A stretch of DNA of 64,000 nucleotides from Spirochaetia bacterium (GTDB lineage: Bacteria; Spirochaetota; Spirochaetia; SZUA-6; Bin103). The stretch spans positions 3,072,001-3,136,000 of the forward strand of contig CBDBDQ010000005.1 of assembly GCA_965203905.1 (NCBI GenBank). Reading direction: 5' to 3'. The notes under the pieces were generated by a model, which worked only from the letters and a program-made list of their open reading frames with translations, ran no database searches and had not been told where the DNA came from. A program made the translations under genes and the position numbers. Below, piece by piece: positions 19,921 to 29,853 of the stretch (position 1 is its first letter; the number at the start of each line of letters is the position of its first letter).

Positions 19921-20874
19921 ATGATACGCGTAGAGAATCTCACCAAGTACTACGGGGAGCGGCTGGCCGTCGACGACATCGCCTTCAACATCGAGAAGGG
20001 GGAGATCGTCGGCTTCCTGGGACCCAACGGCGCCGGCAAGTCCACCACCATGAAGATGGTGACCGGCTACCTGATGCCCACGCGCGGTGACGTGTTCGTC
20101 GCCGAGCACGACATGGCGCAGGATTCGTTGCAGGGACGCCGCCACATCGGCTACCTCCCGGAGATCGTCCCGCTCTACTACGACATGACCACCCATGCGT
20201 ACCTGAGATTTGCGGGGCGCTTGCGCGGGCTCGACAAGCGCACGGCCGCCAGGCGGGTCGACGAGGTGATCGAGATCTGCGCCCTTGAGGAGTATCGCGA
20301 CGTCATTCTGTCGAAGCTCTCGAAGGGCTACCGGCAGCGGGTGGGGCTCGCCCAGTCGATCGTGCACGATCCGCAGGTGCTGATTCTGGATGAGCCGACG
20401 ATCGGCATCGATCCGATCCAGGTCGCGCATACGCGGGCGCTGATCAAGGAGCTCGGCGAGAACCGGACCATCCTCCTGTCCAGCCACATCCTGCCGGAGG
20501 TGAGCATGGTGTGCCAGCGGGTCATCATCATTCACCAGGGCAGGATCGTGGCGCAGGACACCATCGACCACCTGTCGTCGACCGTTACCGGGGGCGAGCG
20601 CCTGCGGCTGCGGGTGGACGGCCCGCCGTCCCAGGTTGCGGAGGTGCTTGGCGGCATCGAGGGCGTGCTCGAGGTGAGGTTCCAGGAGCCGTTCCACCTG
20701 GTGCGGCTGGAGGCGGGGAAGCAACCGCAGGCGCGGATCTCGGCCACCCTGGTGCAGCAGGGCTGGGGGCTGCTGGCCATGGAGAGCGCCACCATGACGC
20801 TCGAGGACATTTTTCTGGAGCTCACCGACGAGGCGGACGAGGCGGACGACGCTGACGAGGCGGACGCGGAGTGA
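19921..20874 (+). CDS. ABC-2 ATP-binding protein, GldA-like (copy 1)
   Basis: GPNGAGKST, LSKGYRQR, ILDEPTIGIDP. Confidence 0.92.
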   Translation: MIRVENLTKYYGERLAVDDIAFNIEKGEIVGFLGPNGAGKSTTMKMVTGYLMPTRGDVFVAEHDMAQDSLQGRRHIGYLPEIVPLYYDMTTHAYLRFAGRLRGLDKRTAARRVDEVIEICALEEYRDVILSKLSKGYRQRVGLAQSIVHDPQVLILDEPTIGIDPIQVAHTRALIKELGENRTILLSSHILPEVSMVCQRVIIIHQGRIVAQDTIDHLSSTVTGGERLRLRVDGPPSQVAEVLGGIEGVLEVRFQEPFHLVRLEAGKQPQARISATLVQQGWGLLAMESATMTLEDIFLELTDEADEADDADEADAE

Positions 20875-21599
20875 GACTCTTCCTGCGCAACGTGGGCGTC
20901 ATATCCCGCAAGGAACTGGCCTCGTACCTCACCTCGCCGATGGCCTACATCGTGACCGCGGTGTTCATGGGCCTGTCGGGCTTCTTCTTCGCCAGCGTCC
21001 TGGCGGCGCAGAACTACGCCGACACCAGCATCGCGGGGTTCCTCAACGCGGCGCAGTTTCTCATCCTCCTGTTCGCCGCCTTCATCACCATGCGGCTCGT
21101 AGCCGAGGAGAAGAAGCTCGGCACCTGGGAGTTCCTGCTCACCGCACCCGTTCGCGACAGCGAGATCGTCGTCGGCAAGTTCCTGGCCAGCCTGGTGATC
21201 CTCGGCGGCATGCTGGTGCTCACCCTCTACTATCCCCTGCTGCTGATGTTTTTTGGTGACCCGGACCTTGGTCCCATGGCGACGTCCTACGTCGGCCTGG
21301 TGCTGATGGGCAGCGCGGCGCTGGCGATCGGGATCTTCGTGTCATCGGTCACCGCGAACCAGATCGTGTCGGCCGCGGTCACCGCCGGGATCCTGTTCGG
21401 CCTCTGGGCCATCGGGCTGGTCGCCGACCTGGTGCCGGGCGCCGCCGGGGAAGTGATGCTCCGCATCGCCTTCGCGGGCTACTTTCCCGACTTCGTGCGC
21501 GGGATCATCGATACCAAGGCGATCGTGTACTACCTGAGTCTGACCATGCTGTTTCTGTTCATGGCGGTGCGCTCGATCGAGACCGGGAGGTGGCGCTGA
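20871..21599 (+). CDS. ABC-2 permease, GldF-like (copy 1)
   Basis: TMRLVAEEKKLGTWEFLLTAP; about six TM segments. Confidence 0.9.
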   Translation: MRLFLRNVGVISRKELASYLTSPMAYIVTAVFMGLSGFFFASVLAAQNYADTSIAGFLNAAQFLILLFAAFITMRLVAEEKKLGTWEFLLTAPVRDSEIVVGKFLASLVILGGMLVLTLYYPLLLMFFGDPDLGPMATSYVGLVLMGSAALAIGIFVSSVTANQIVSAAVTAGILFGLWAIGLVADLVPGAAGEVMLRIAFAGYFPDFVRGIIDTKAIVYYLSLTMLFLFMAVRSIETGRWR

Positions 21600-23155
21600 T
21601 GTCGACCGGAGTCGTGGCGCTCGTCGGCGTTGGCCTCCTGGTCGCGGCCTGGGTCCTGGATTTCGTCCTTCCCGGCAGCGGCATCGCGGTCTGGTCGGTC
21701 GCGGCGGCCGGTGTCGGCTGCATGGTCACCGGACTGCTGTGGGATCTGCGGCGTGTGCGCAGCGCACTCTCCAGCCGCCGCGGCGTGTTCGGGATCGGCA
21801 CCTCGGTCACGCTCTCCCTGGCCATCGGCATCGTCGTCCTGGCCAACCTGGTGAGCACCACGGTCTATCACCGCTTCGACTTTACCGGCCTCAAGCAGTT
21901 CACCCTCACCACCCAGACCAGGCAAGTCCTCGCGGGATTGGAGAGCGAGGTCGAGGTGGTGAGTTTCTACGCGGACGTGAATCCGAACATGAAGGACAGC
22001 CGGGAGATTGCCGCCGTCAACTCGTTCGGATTCGAGTTGCTCAAGGAGTATGCGAACTACAGCGAGCTGCTGCAGGTCAGGCGTGAGGATCCGGAACTGC
22101 GTCCCGACCTGGCTCGCCAGTACGGGATCAGCCCATTCGGCGCCGCGGTCGGGACCGTGGTGTTTCGCGGCGAGTTCGGCCAGATGCTGGTCTATGGACC
22201 GCAGATTCAGGGCGAGGCGGAGAGCGCGTTCACCAGCGCCATACTGCAGGTGACGGGAACCCGGCAGCGCGTGGTCTACTTCGTCACCGGCCACGGCGAG
22301 GGCAGCATTCTCGGCGACTACGAGGATGCCCGCCGCGGGCTGCGCGACAACCTGTTCCAGGTGGGTGAGCTGAGCCTGGACCAGGTTCCGGAGATACCGC
22401 CCAACGCCAACATCGTGGTCGTGGCCGGGCCGCAGGAACCGTTTGCGACGAGCGAGATCGAGATGCTCGACACCTACGTGCGCGCGGGTGGACGCCTGGC
22501 CCTGCTCCTGAACCCGGGCGCGCAACAGGAACTGCGCGACTTCGCCGGAGACTGGTGGCTGGGTGTCGACCACGGCATCGTGGTGGACCCGCCGGCGCAC
22601 GTGTCGCCCAACGTCGACATCCCACTGGTCGACCGCCGCCGCAACGCCTACGGCCTGCTGGAGGCGTACTTCCCGGGAGTCGCCGCGATCATACCGGCGG
22701 ACGAGGTACCGGAGGGAGTGGAGCTGACGCCGATCGCCTTTACCACGGGAGGAAGCTGGATCGAGCGTTCGCGACTGGGAGCTTCAGAACCGGAGTACGA
22801 TCCCGACGTCGACGTCGCCGGCCCGCACGCCGTGGCGGCGATGGTGGAGCGGCCGGTGGATCCCGATGCCGCTGTCGCGGCGCGCTCGCCGGCCAGCAGG
22901 ATGGTGATCATGGGCGACTCGGACTTCGCCACCAATCAGCACTTCCGCAACGTCAACAACGGCGGCATGTTCCTGACCATGATCAACCGGTTGGGGGCGG
23001 GCGAGGAGGTGTTCTCGGTCGACCGCAAGGTCCTGCCGGTGCGGCGCCTGATTCTGAGTCCGGAGGAGGCCCGCTTCCTGCACGTCTCCAGCGTGGGCCT
23101 CATTCCGCTGCTGCTCATCGTCGCGGCGGCAACCCTGTGGTGGCGCCGGCGCTGA
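21599..23155 (+). CDS. GldG-family ABC auxiliary component (copy 1)
   Basis: FDFT…FTLT, YFVTGHGE, GDSDFA, C-terminal TM + WWRRR. Confidence 0.88.
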   Translation: MSTGVVALVGVGLLVAAWVLDFVLPGSGIAVWSVAAAGVGCMVTGLLWDLRRVRSALSSRRGVFGIGTSVTLSLAIGIVVLANLVSTTVYHRFDFTGLKQFTLTTQTRQVLAGLESEVEVVSFYADVNPNMKDSREIAAVNSFGFELLKEYANYSELLQVRREDPELRPDLARQYGISPFGAAVGTVVFRGEFGQMLVYGPQIQGEAESAFTSAILQVTGTRQRVVYFVTGHGEGSILGDYEDARRGLRDNLFQVGELSLDQVPEIPPNANIVVVAGPQEPFATSEIEMLDTYVRAGGRLALLLNPGAQQELRDFAGDWWLGVDHGIVVDPPAHVSPNVDIPLVDRRRNAYGLLEAYFPGVAAIIPADEVPEGVELTPIAFTTGGSWIERSRLGASEPEYDPDVDVAGPHAVAAMVERPVDPDAAVAARSPASRMVIMGDSDFATNQHFRNVNNGGMFLTMINRLGAGEEVFSVDRKVLPVRRLILSPEEARFLHVSSVGLIPLLLIVAAATLWWRRR

Positions 23156-23160
23156 GCGGT

Positions 23161-23841
23161 TTACGACAGGCAGGCCATGGCGTCCCACGGGTCGCGCATG
23201 GAGAGGGTCATGGTGACCTGCATGCGGTTCTCCCGTTCGGAGAAGGCGGCCTCTTCGAAGGCCGGCTGCAACAACTCCATGACCTCCGAGCAGTCGCATT
23301 TCCCGCATGCGGGCGGAAGCGGAATCGGGAACTCCTCCCGGACCCGTAGCCCGAACGTCCGTTCCACGGCGTCGGGGAAGTCGACGATGTCCTCCAGCCT
23401 GGCGTTCACGGCAACTTCATCGAGCGGGGCGCGTGGGACGTACAGGCTCCAGTGCACGCTCTTGGTGCGGCTGAGCAGCCGCGCGTTTCCCAGGGAGGAA
23501 CATGCCCACTGCTCGTAGCGAACCTCGGAAGAGAGGCGCAAGCTGGCGCCGGTTGCGAGCACCGTGGTGCCGCCGACCCAGTAGATGCGCCGCGAGCATC
23601 GATTCTGGAAGGTCCCCCTGCCCTGGAGATAGCGGTCCAGGTCCGCCTCGAAGTCGTCGAAGCTCGCCGTGACGACCATGTCGGTCCGGCCCGCGGCGTC
23701 GGACGCGCCGGACAGGTCGATGCTCTCCACGGTTCCGACCTGGCGCCCCTGCAGCACGATCGCGGTGTCGTGGATGGCGCCCGCCATCGCGCAGTGCGCT
23801 CCCAGCATGAGTGCGCCCGCTACGACCGCCAGCCGTCTCAT
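23161..23841 (-). CDS. Hypothetical secreted Cys-containing protein
   Basis: Signal-peptide-like N-terminus; ATGA overlap with the PpiC gene; CGKCDC. Confidence 0.65.
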   Translation of the reverse strand: MRRLAVVAGALMLGAHCAMAGAIHDTAIVLQGRQVGTVESIDLSGASDAAGRTDMVVTASFDDFEADLDRYLQGRGTFQNRCSRRIYWVGGTTVLATGASLRLSSEVRYEQWACSSLGNARLLSRTKSVHWSLYVPRAPLDEVAVNARLEDIVDFPDAVERTFGLRVREEFPIPLPPACGKCDCSEVMELLQPAFEEAAFSERENRMQVTMTLSMRDPWDAMACLS

Positions 23842-24854
23842 GAGTCCTCGTCGTGGCGTGCCATGCGCTGGAGCTGCCATTTCACCCACAGGTCGGTCTC
23901 GGTGTCGTAGCCGTTGGAGAAGCCGTGAAACTCCACCTTGTGGTACTGGTACTCCTGGTTGAACCAGGTGGTGAGCGCGGTGGCCTTGGCCGCCTCCCGC
24001 GCCTCCGGCTCCATCTCGCGCGCCGCGGCCCGCTCGCCCACCATCGCGATGGCATAGGCGGACCCACCGAGCGCCAGCATGCGGCTCGGCTCACCCACCG
24101 GCAGGTCGAACACGGCGGCAAGCTCCGGTCGCATCGCCTCCCGCGGCAACCAGCCCACCTCGCCGCCCTTGGCGCGCAGCTTTTCGTCGGCGTTCGCTTC
24201 GCTGCGGGCCAGCTCCAGGAAGTCGGCTCCCGCTTCGAGCTGCGCAATGATGCCGGTCCCCGCCTCCGGGGAGGCAAAGACGATCAGGTAGAGACGCACC
24301 TGCTCCGCGACGGTCGGCAACCGCTCACCGAGATACTCCGTCAAACGCTGCGTCAGCAGGTTGCGGCGCATCAGCTCGCGGAACTCGGCGTCACTGAGCT
24401 CGGTGTCGTTGAGCGCCTGGCGGTACCACTCCTTCACCTCTTCGTCGGTGATCGAATCGCCGCCGGCGCGCGCGCTGGCGCGCAGGTAGTCGTCGACATC
24501 CTGGTCCGTCACCTCGATGCTGTAGGGCGGTTTCACCGCCGTCTGCGCGATGATCAGCTCGCGGGTCAGGAGTTGCAGCACCTCCAGCGGCTCGCGGTTG
24601 AACATGCGCACCCGCTTCAGGAAGTAGCCCATCTCGACCGCCAGATCGTCGACGATCAGGACCTTGGTCTGCAACGGCTTCACTCGGTCCCGGTAGATGG
24701 CGACGCCGGCCACCCCGCCCACGATCACGGCCACCACCAGCACCAGGATCACGACCTGCATCAGGCCCAGTTGCGGCGTCGCCCGCGTCGTCGATGCGCC
24801 CTTCGAAGCGCCCTGCCTCCGGCTCCTCGCCGGGCCTGTCCCCTTGCCCTTCAC
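23838..24854 (-). CDS. Membrane-anchored SurA/PrsA-like parvulin (PpiC) peptidyl-prolyl isomerase
   Basis: N-terminal TM, SurA-like helical region, GADFLELA…KGGEVGWLPR. Confidence 0.85.
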   Translation of the reverse strand: MKGKGTGPARSRRQGASKGASTTRATPQLGLMQVVILVLVVAVIVGGVAGVAIYRDRVKPLQTKVLIVDDLAVEMGYFLKRVRMFNREPLEVLQLLTRELIIAQTAVKPPYSIEVTDQDVDDYLRASARAGGDSITDEEVKEWYRQALNDTELSDAEFRELMRRNLLTQRLTEYLGERLPTVAEQVRLYLIVFASPEAGTGIIAQLEAGADFLELARSEANADEKLRAKGGEVGWLPREAMRPELAAVFDLPVGEPSRMLALGGSAYAIAMVGERAAAREMEPEAREAAKATALTTWFNQEYQYHKVEFHGFSNGYDTETDLWVKWQLQRMARHDEDS

Positions 24855-24876
24855 GATTGTGCGGTGCGCGGTGTGG

Positions 24877-25875
24877 TCAGGATGCCTCGACGAGATGGCA
24901 GGCGGTCCAGTGGTTGGGACCGGTCGACTTCAACTCGGGCACCTCGGCCTTGCACCTCTCCTCCGCGTGCGGGCAGCGGGTGTGAAACGGGCAGCCGCTC
25001 GGCGGATTCATCGGGCTCGGCACGTCGCCCTTCAGGATGATCCGTTCCCGGGTGCGGTCGACTACCGGGTCGGGGATCGGCACCGCGGACAGCAGCGAGA
25101 TGGTGTAGGGGTGCTGCGGCTCGTCATACAGCCGGTCGCTGCTGGTGATCTCCATGATCTTGCCGAGATACATCACCGCCACCCGGTCGCTGATATTGCG
25201 CACCACCGCCAGGTCGTGGGCAATGAACAGGTAGGTGAGGTTGAACTCCTCGCGCAGCCGCATCAGCAGCGTGATGATCTGCGCCTGGATCGACACGTCG
25301 AGCGCCGAAACCGGCTCGTCGCACACGATGAACGCCGGGCGCACCGCCAGTGCGCGCGCGATTCCGAGGCGTTGGCGCTGGCCACCGCTGAACTCGTGCG
25401 GGTAGCGGCCGGCGACGGTGGGCTGCAGCTCCACCATGCTCAGCAGCTCCGCAACCTGCCGCCGGTACTGCCTGCCGCGGGCCATGTCATGCACCCGCAA
25501 CGGCTCGCCGACGATATCGCCGGCGGTCATGCGCGGGTCGAGGGAGGCGAAGGGATCCTGGAAGATGAGCTGCATGTGACGCCGCATGCGACGCAACGCC
25601 TCGCCCTTCATCTGCACCAGGTCCTGGCCCTGGAAGACCACCTCGCCGGCGGTGATATCCTGCAACTGCAGGATGCAGCGCCCGGTGGTGGTCTTGCCAC
25701 AACCGCTCTCACCCACCAGTCCCAGGGTCTCGCCCGGTTCGATGGAAAAGCTGACCCCGTCCACCGCCTTGACGTCGCCCACCTTGCGGCGCAGCACCCC
25801 GGCCGTGACCGGGTAGTACTTGATCAGGTCACGTACTTCCAGGAGGTGCTCGGTGCCGTTGTTGCCGTTACTCAT
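24877..25875 (-). CDS. Oligopeptide ABC ATP-binding protein (DppF/OppF-like)
   Basis: [29 protein letters not shown]. Confidence 0.95.
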   Translation of the reverse strand: MSNGNNGTEHLLEVRDLIKYYPVTAGVLRRKVGDVKAVDGVSFSIEPGETLGLVGESGCGKTTTGRCILQLQDITAGEVVFQGQDLVQMKGEALRRMRRHMQLIFQDPFASLDPRMTAGDIVGEPLRVHDMARGRQYRRQVAELLSMVELQPTVAGRYPHEFSGGQRQRLGIARALAVRPAFIVCDEPVSALDVSIQAQIITLLMRLREEFNLTYLFIAHDLAVVRNISDRVAVMYLGKIMEITSSDRLYDEPQHPYTISLLSAVPIPDPVVDRTRERIILKGDVPSPMNPPSGCPFHTRCPHAEERCKAEVPELKSTGPNHWTACHLVEAS

Positions 25876-26900
25876 ACCGTCACCTTCTCCAGCTTGCTCG
25901 GATCGTAGAAGCAGCTTCGCATGTGGCCTTCGCTGACCGCCTCGAGCTGCGGTTCCTCCTCGTGGCACTGATCCATCGCGAAGGAACAGCGCGGCGAGAA
26001 GGAGCACCCCGACGGCAGATGGGCCAGGTTGGGGGGCAACCCCTCGATGACGCGCGGAGCCACCCGGCGGGGGCTGTCGAGGCGCGGCACCGAGGCCATC
26101 AGGCCGATGGTGTAGGGATGCTTGGGTTCGGCAAAAATGATGTCGGTGGTCCCCGACTCCACCAGCTTGCCGGCGTACATCACGTTTACGCGGTCGACGT
26201 AGCGCGCCACCAGCCCCAGGTTGTGGGTGATGATGATGCCGGCCATGTCGAGCTGCTCGCGCAGATCGGCGATGATCTCCAGCAGCTGCGCCTGCACGGT
26301 CACGTCCAGTGAGGTGGTAGGCTCGTCGGCAATCAGCAACTCGGGGCTGCAACTCAGCGCCATGGCGATCATCACCCGCTGCTGCATGCCGCCGCTGAAC
26401 TGAAACGGGTAGTCCTTGATGCGCCGCTCCGGGTCGGGGATGCCCACCAAGTCGAGCAGCTTGACGCTCTCCGCCAGCGCCGTGGACTTGTCGGCGTTGC
26501 GGTGCAACTCGATCGACTCGGAGATCTGCCGGCCCACGGTCAGCACCGGGTTGAGGGAGGTGGTGGGCTCCTGGAACACCATGGCGATGCGGTTGCCGCG
26601 GATGTCACGCATCCGCGCCTCGTCCACCTTCAGCAGGTCCTCGCCCTGGAACAGGATCTCACCGCCCACGATCAGGCCCGGCGGATGGGGGATCAGGCGC
26701 AGCACCGACATGGCGCTCACGCTCTTGCCGCAGCCGCTCTCCCCTACCAGGCCGACGAATTCCCCTTTTCTGACCCGGTAGGAAAGCCCATCGACTGCCT
26801 TGACGACGCCCTCGTCGGTGTAGAAGTAGGTCTGCAACCCGTTGACTTCCAGCACCGTCTCGCGTTCGGCATGAGTATCTGGGGCTTGCGATGCACTCAA
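25872..26900 (-). CDS. Oligopeptide ABC ATP-binding protein (DppD/OppD-like)
   Basis: [23 protein letters not shown]. Confidence 0.95.
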   Translation of the reverse strand: MSASQAPDTHAERETVLEVNGLQTYFYTDEGVVKAVDGLSYRVRKGEFVGLVGESGCGKSVSAMSVLRLIPHPPGLIVGGEILFQGEDLLKVDEARMRDIRGNRIAMVFQEPTTSLNPVLTVGRQISESIELHRNADKSTALAESVKLLDLVGIPDPERRIKDYPFQFSGGMQQRVMIAMALSCSPELLIADEPTTSLDVTVQAQLLEIIADLREQLDMAGIIITHNLGLVARYVDRVNVMYAGKLVESGTTDIIFAEPKHPYTIGLMASVPRLDSPRRVAPRVIEGLPPNLAHLPSGCSFSPRCSFAMDQCHEEEPQLEAVSEGHMRSCFYDPSKLEKVTV

Positions 26901-27030
26901 AGCTATACCTCTTCGCCACTCTTGCGGCGCACCTGCCTATCACACCAGAGTCTGGGCGAGAAGTCAACCGTGCGCTGCCGGTTGCCGGTTTGCCGGTTTG
27001 CGCGCGCGTGGTGCTGCTCGATCGGCTGTC

Positions 27031-27603
27031 CTACTCGATCGGCTTCTGGTCGGGCGGCGGGTAGGGCGGATCGGTCACCAGCCGTTCCAGCACGCGGAAC
27101 CAGGTGAAGTCCACGGTGTAGACGTCGGTGTCGGTGATCTCCTTGATGTAGTAGCTGCGTCCGTCGGGGGTGGCGTCGCCCACGATCACCTCCACCAACT
27201 GGCCGTCGATGAGGGTGAGGCCGAGCCTCATCTGCGGCTCGGTGAGGCCGAACAGCTCCATCTGCTCGGGGGTCGCCTCTTCGGCGATGCGGCGGTTGGC
27301 GCCCGGCCCGCTCACCAGCAGTGCCACCCCGCCGCCCCAGCGTTCGCGGTTCACCGGCTGCCCCTCTTCGTCGTCGAAGTACCACTGCCGGTCCTCGCCG
27401 CGTTTCCACCGCTCCTGCATGCCGGCGCGCGGCAGCTTGATCTCCAGGTGGACCAGGTCCATCATGTCGAAGCCCCAGACGAAGGGGCGCGGCGCGGGGC
27501 GCGGCTGCGGTTGCGGGCGGGTGGCGTAGTAGAGGCCGACCGCGAGTCCGGCCGCGACCACCAGCAGCAGCAGCAGCGAGCGCAGTTTCAACAGCCGCCG
27601 CAT
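27031..27603 (-). CDS. DUF4340-like protein (copy 2)
   Basis: Shares RWGG…SGPGANR, GDxTPD, VYTVD…ERLV.DPPY with copy 1. Confidence 0.75.
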   Translation of the reverse strand: MRRLLKLRSLLLLLVVAAGLAVGLYYATRPQPQPRPAPRPFVWGFDMMDLVHLEIKLPRAGMQERWKRGEDRQWYFDDEEGQPVNRERWGGGVALLVSGPGANRRIAEEATPEQMELFGLTEPQMRLGLTLIDGQLVEVIVGDATPDGRSYYIKEITDTDVYTVDFTWFRVLERLVTDPPYPPPDQKPIE

Positions 27604-27607
27604 GGGC

Positions 27608-29137
27608 TTAGCGGCGCCGCCACCATACCATTGCGCCGGCGATCAGCACCAGGAGCGGCAGCAGTCCGGCGCTGGACAGGTTGAAGAAGCGCGCCTCCTC
27701 CGGGCTCAGCACCAGCCGCCGCACCGGCAGCACCTTGCGGTCCACCGAGATGATCTCCTCGCCGTACGCGAGCTGGTTCACCAGGGTCAGGAACAGGTCG
27801 CTGTTGGCGCCGTTGCGGAAGTGCTGGTTGGCCGCGAAGTCGGAGTCGCCCAGCACGGCGAGGCGGGTGGTCAGATTCGGGTCTTCCTCGCCCGGCGGCT
27901 GGCGCAACAGCAGCGCGCCCATCGCCAGCGGTCCCTGCAGATCCTCCTCGGGATCGAACTGCGGCTCGGCGTCGGTGAACGGCCGCATTTCCTGCCACCC
28001 CTCCGGCGTGGTCCACGCCAGGGGCACGATCTGGACCTCGTCCGGCGGGTCGGGCAGCGGCAGCACCGCGGTGACGCCGGGGAAGTAGAGGTCGGTGAGC
28101 TGCAGGTTGTTGCGGTTGCGCGCCACCAGCGGGTTGTCGACGTTGGGCACCACGTGCGAGGCGGGATCGACCAGGGTGCCGTCGCGGATGTCCAGCCACC
28201 ACTTGCGCAGCAGCTCGCGCAGCTCCTCCTGCGGATCGGGATTCAACAGCAGCAGCATGCGACCGCCCTGCTGCAGGTACTGGTCCAGGATCTCCAGCTC
28301 GTTGGCGGAGATCGGCTGCCGTGGCCCGGCCACCACCAACGCGGCGGCGTTTTCGGGCACCGCGCCGAAGCGCAGCAGGTCGAGCTGCGCCACCTGGAAC
28401 AGGTTGTCGCGCAGGCCGCTGCGCGCGCTGTCGTAGTCGCCGGAGATAGTGCTCTCGCCGTGGCCGGTGAGGAAGTAGACGATGCGCTGCCTGGTGCCGG
28501 TCACCTCCAGGATCGCGCTGGTGAAGGCGTGCTCTGCCTCGAAGCCGATCTGCGGCCCGAACACCTGGCGCTGGCCGGCGCTGCCCACGAACACCATGGT
28601 ACCGAGGCTGGCGGCGGCCGGACCGATGCGGTACTGCCGCGCCAGGTCGGGGCGCAGCTCCGGGTCCTCGTTGCGCACCGTCAACAGGTCGGTATAGTTC
28701 CGATACTCCGCCAGCAGGCTGTGGCCGTACTCGCTCGTCGCGAGCAGGCGCGGGTCGGTGGGGTTGAAGAACGACACCACCTCGACCGGCTCCTCCAGCT
28801 CCTCCAGCACTTCCTTGGTCTGGGTGGTCAGGGTGAACTGCGAAATGCCGGTGAAGTCGAAGCGGTGGTGGACGCGCACGCTGATCGCGTTGGCCATCAG
28901 CACGATGCCCAGGACCAGCGCCATGCCGGCGCCGGCGCCGAGGCCGAACAGGCCGCGGCGGCTGGCGAGCGCGCCGCTCACGCGGCGGAAGTCGAGGACC
29001 ACCGCGGCGGCGACCAGCGCCGCGCCGAGGCCCACGATGATGTAGGTGATGACCCGGATCGACGGCATCACGAAGCCGAGGATCCACGCCACGAGCAGCG
29101 TGGCCAGGCCGACGACGGCGAGCACCGAGGTGGACAT
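27608..29137 (-). CDS. GldG-family ABC auxiliary component (copy 2)
   Basis: YFLTGHGE, GDSDFA, WWRRR; clear paralogue of 21599-23155. Confidence 0.88.
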   Translation of the reverse strand: MSTSVLAVVGLATLLVAWILGFVMPSIRVITYIIVGLGAALVAAAVVLDFRRVSGALASRRGLFGLGAGAGMALVLGIVLMANAISVRVHHRFDFTGISQFTLTTQTKEVLEELEEPVEVVSFFNPTDPRLLATSEYGHSLLAEYRNYTDLLTVRNEDPELRPDLARQYRIGPAAASLGTMVFVGSAGQRQVFGPQIGFEAEHAFTSAILEVTGTRQRIVYFLTGHGESTISGDYDSARSGLRDNLFQVAQLDLLRFGAVPENAAALVVAGPRQPISANELEILDQYLQQGGRMLLLLNPDPQEELRELLRKWWLDIRDGTLVDPASHVVPNVDNPLVARNRNNLQLTDLYFPGVTAVLPLPDPPDEVQIVPLAWTTPEGWQEMRPFTDAEPQFDPEEDLQGPLAMGALLLRQPPGEEDPNLTTRLAVLGDSDFAANQHFRNGANSDLFLTLVNQLAYGEEIISVDRKVLPVRRLVLSPEEARFFNLSSAGLLPLLVLIAGAMVWWRRR

Positions 29138-29853
29138 CAGCGCCACCTCCCCACTTCGATGGAACGCACCGAGAGGTAGAGGAACAGCAGGGCGACGGTG
29201 ACGTAGTAGACCACGCCGCGCGTGTCCACGACGCCGCGCGCGAAGTCGGTGAAGTAGGTGGACAGCGAGAACAGCGACAGGACGTCGCCCAATGCCCCCG
29301 GAGCCAGGCCGCCCAGAACGCCGAGGAACCACAGCCCGAACAGGATGCCGCCGGCGACCACCGCGGAGACGATCTGGTTGGCGGTGATCGACGAGGCGAA
29401 GACCCCCACCGCCGCGCACGCGCCGCCCAGCAGGAACAGCCCCAGGTAACTGGTCGCCATCGGCCCGATGTCAGGGTCGCCGAACGCCAGCAGCATGATC
29501 GGGTAGTACAGGGTCAGCACCAGCATGGCGCTGAGCATCGCCAGCGCCCCCAGGAACTTGCCCGCCACGATCTCCACGTCGCGCACCGGGACGGTGAGCA
29601 GCAGCTCCCAGGTGCCGACCTTCTTTTCTTCCGACACCAGCCGCATGGTGAGCACGGCGGCGAACAGCAGCACCAGGAAGCGGGCGGCGTTCAGGAAACC
29701 GCGAATGCTGGTGTCCGCGTAGCCGATGCCGGCCAGATAGGTGATGAAGAAGGTACCGGTCAGCGCCAGGAACACCGCCGTGACGACGTACGCCATCGGC
29801 GAGCCCAGGTAGGTGCCGAGCTCCTTGCGCGCTATGGTGGCGACGTTCTTCAT
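29137..29853 (-). CDS. ABC-2 permease, GldF-like (copy 2)
   Basis: TMRLVSEEKKVGTWELLLTVP. Confidence 0.9.
   Translation of the reverse strand: MKNVATIARKELGTYLGSPMAYVVTAVFLALTGTFFITYLAGIGYADTSIRGFLNAARFLVLLFAAVLTMRLVSEEKKVGTWELLLTVPVRDVEIVAGKFLGALAMLSAMLVLTLYYPIMLLAFGDPDIGPMATSYLGLFLLGGACAAVGVFASSITANQIVSAVVAGGILFGLWFLGVLGGLAPGALGDVLSLFSLSTYFTDFARGVVDTRGVVYYVTVALLFLYLSVRSIEVGRWR

Noticed and set aside
26976-27000. tgccggtt(t) x3 microrepeat
   Set aside because: Too short and low-complexity to assign a function.
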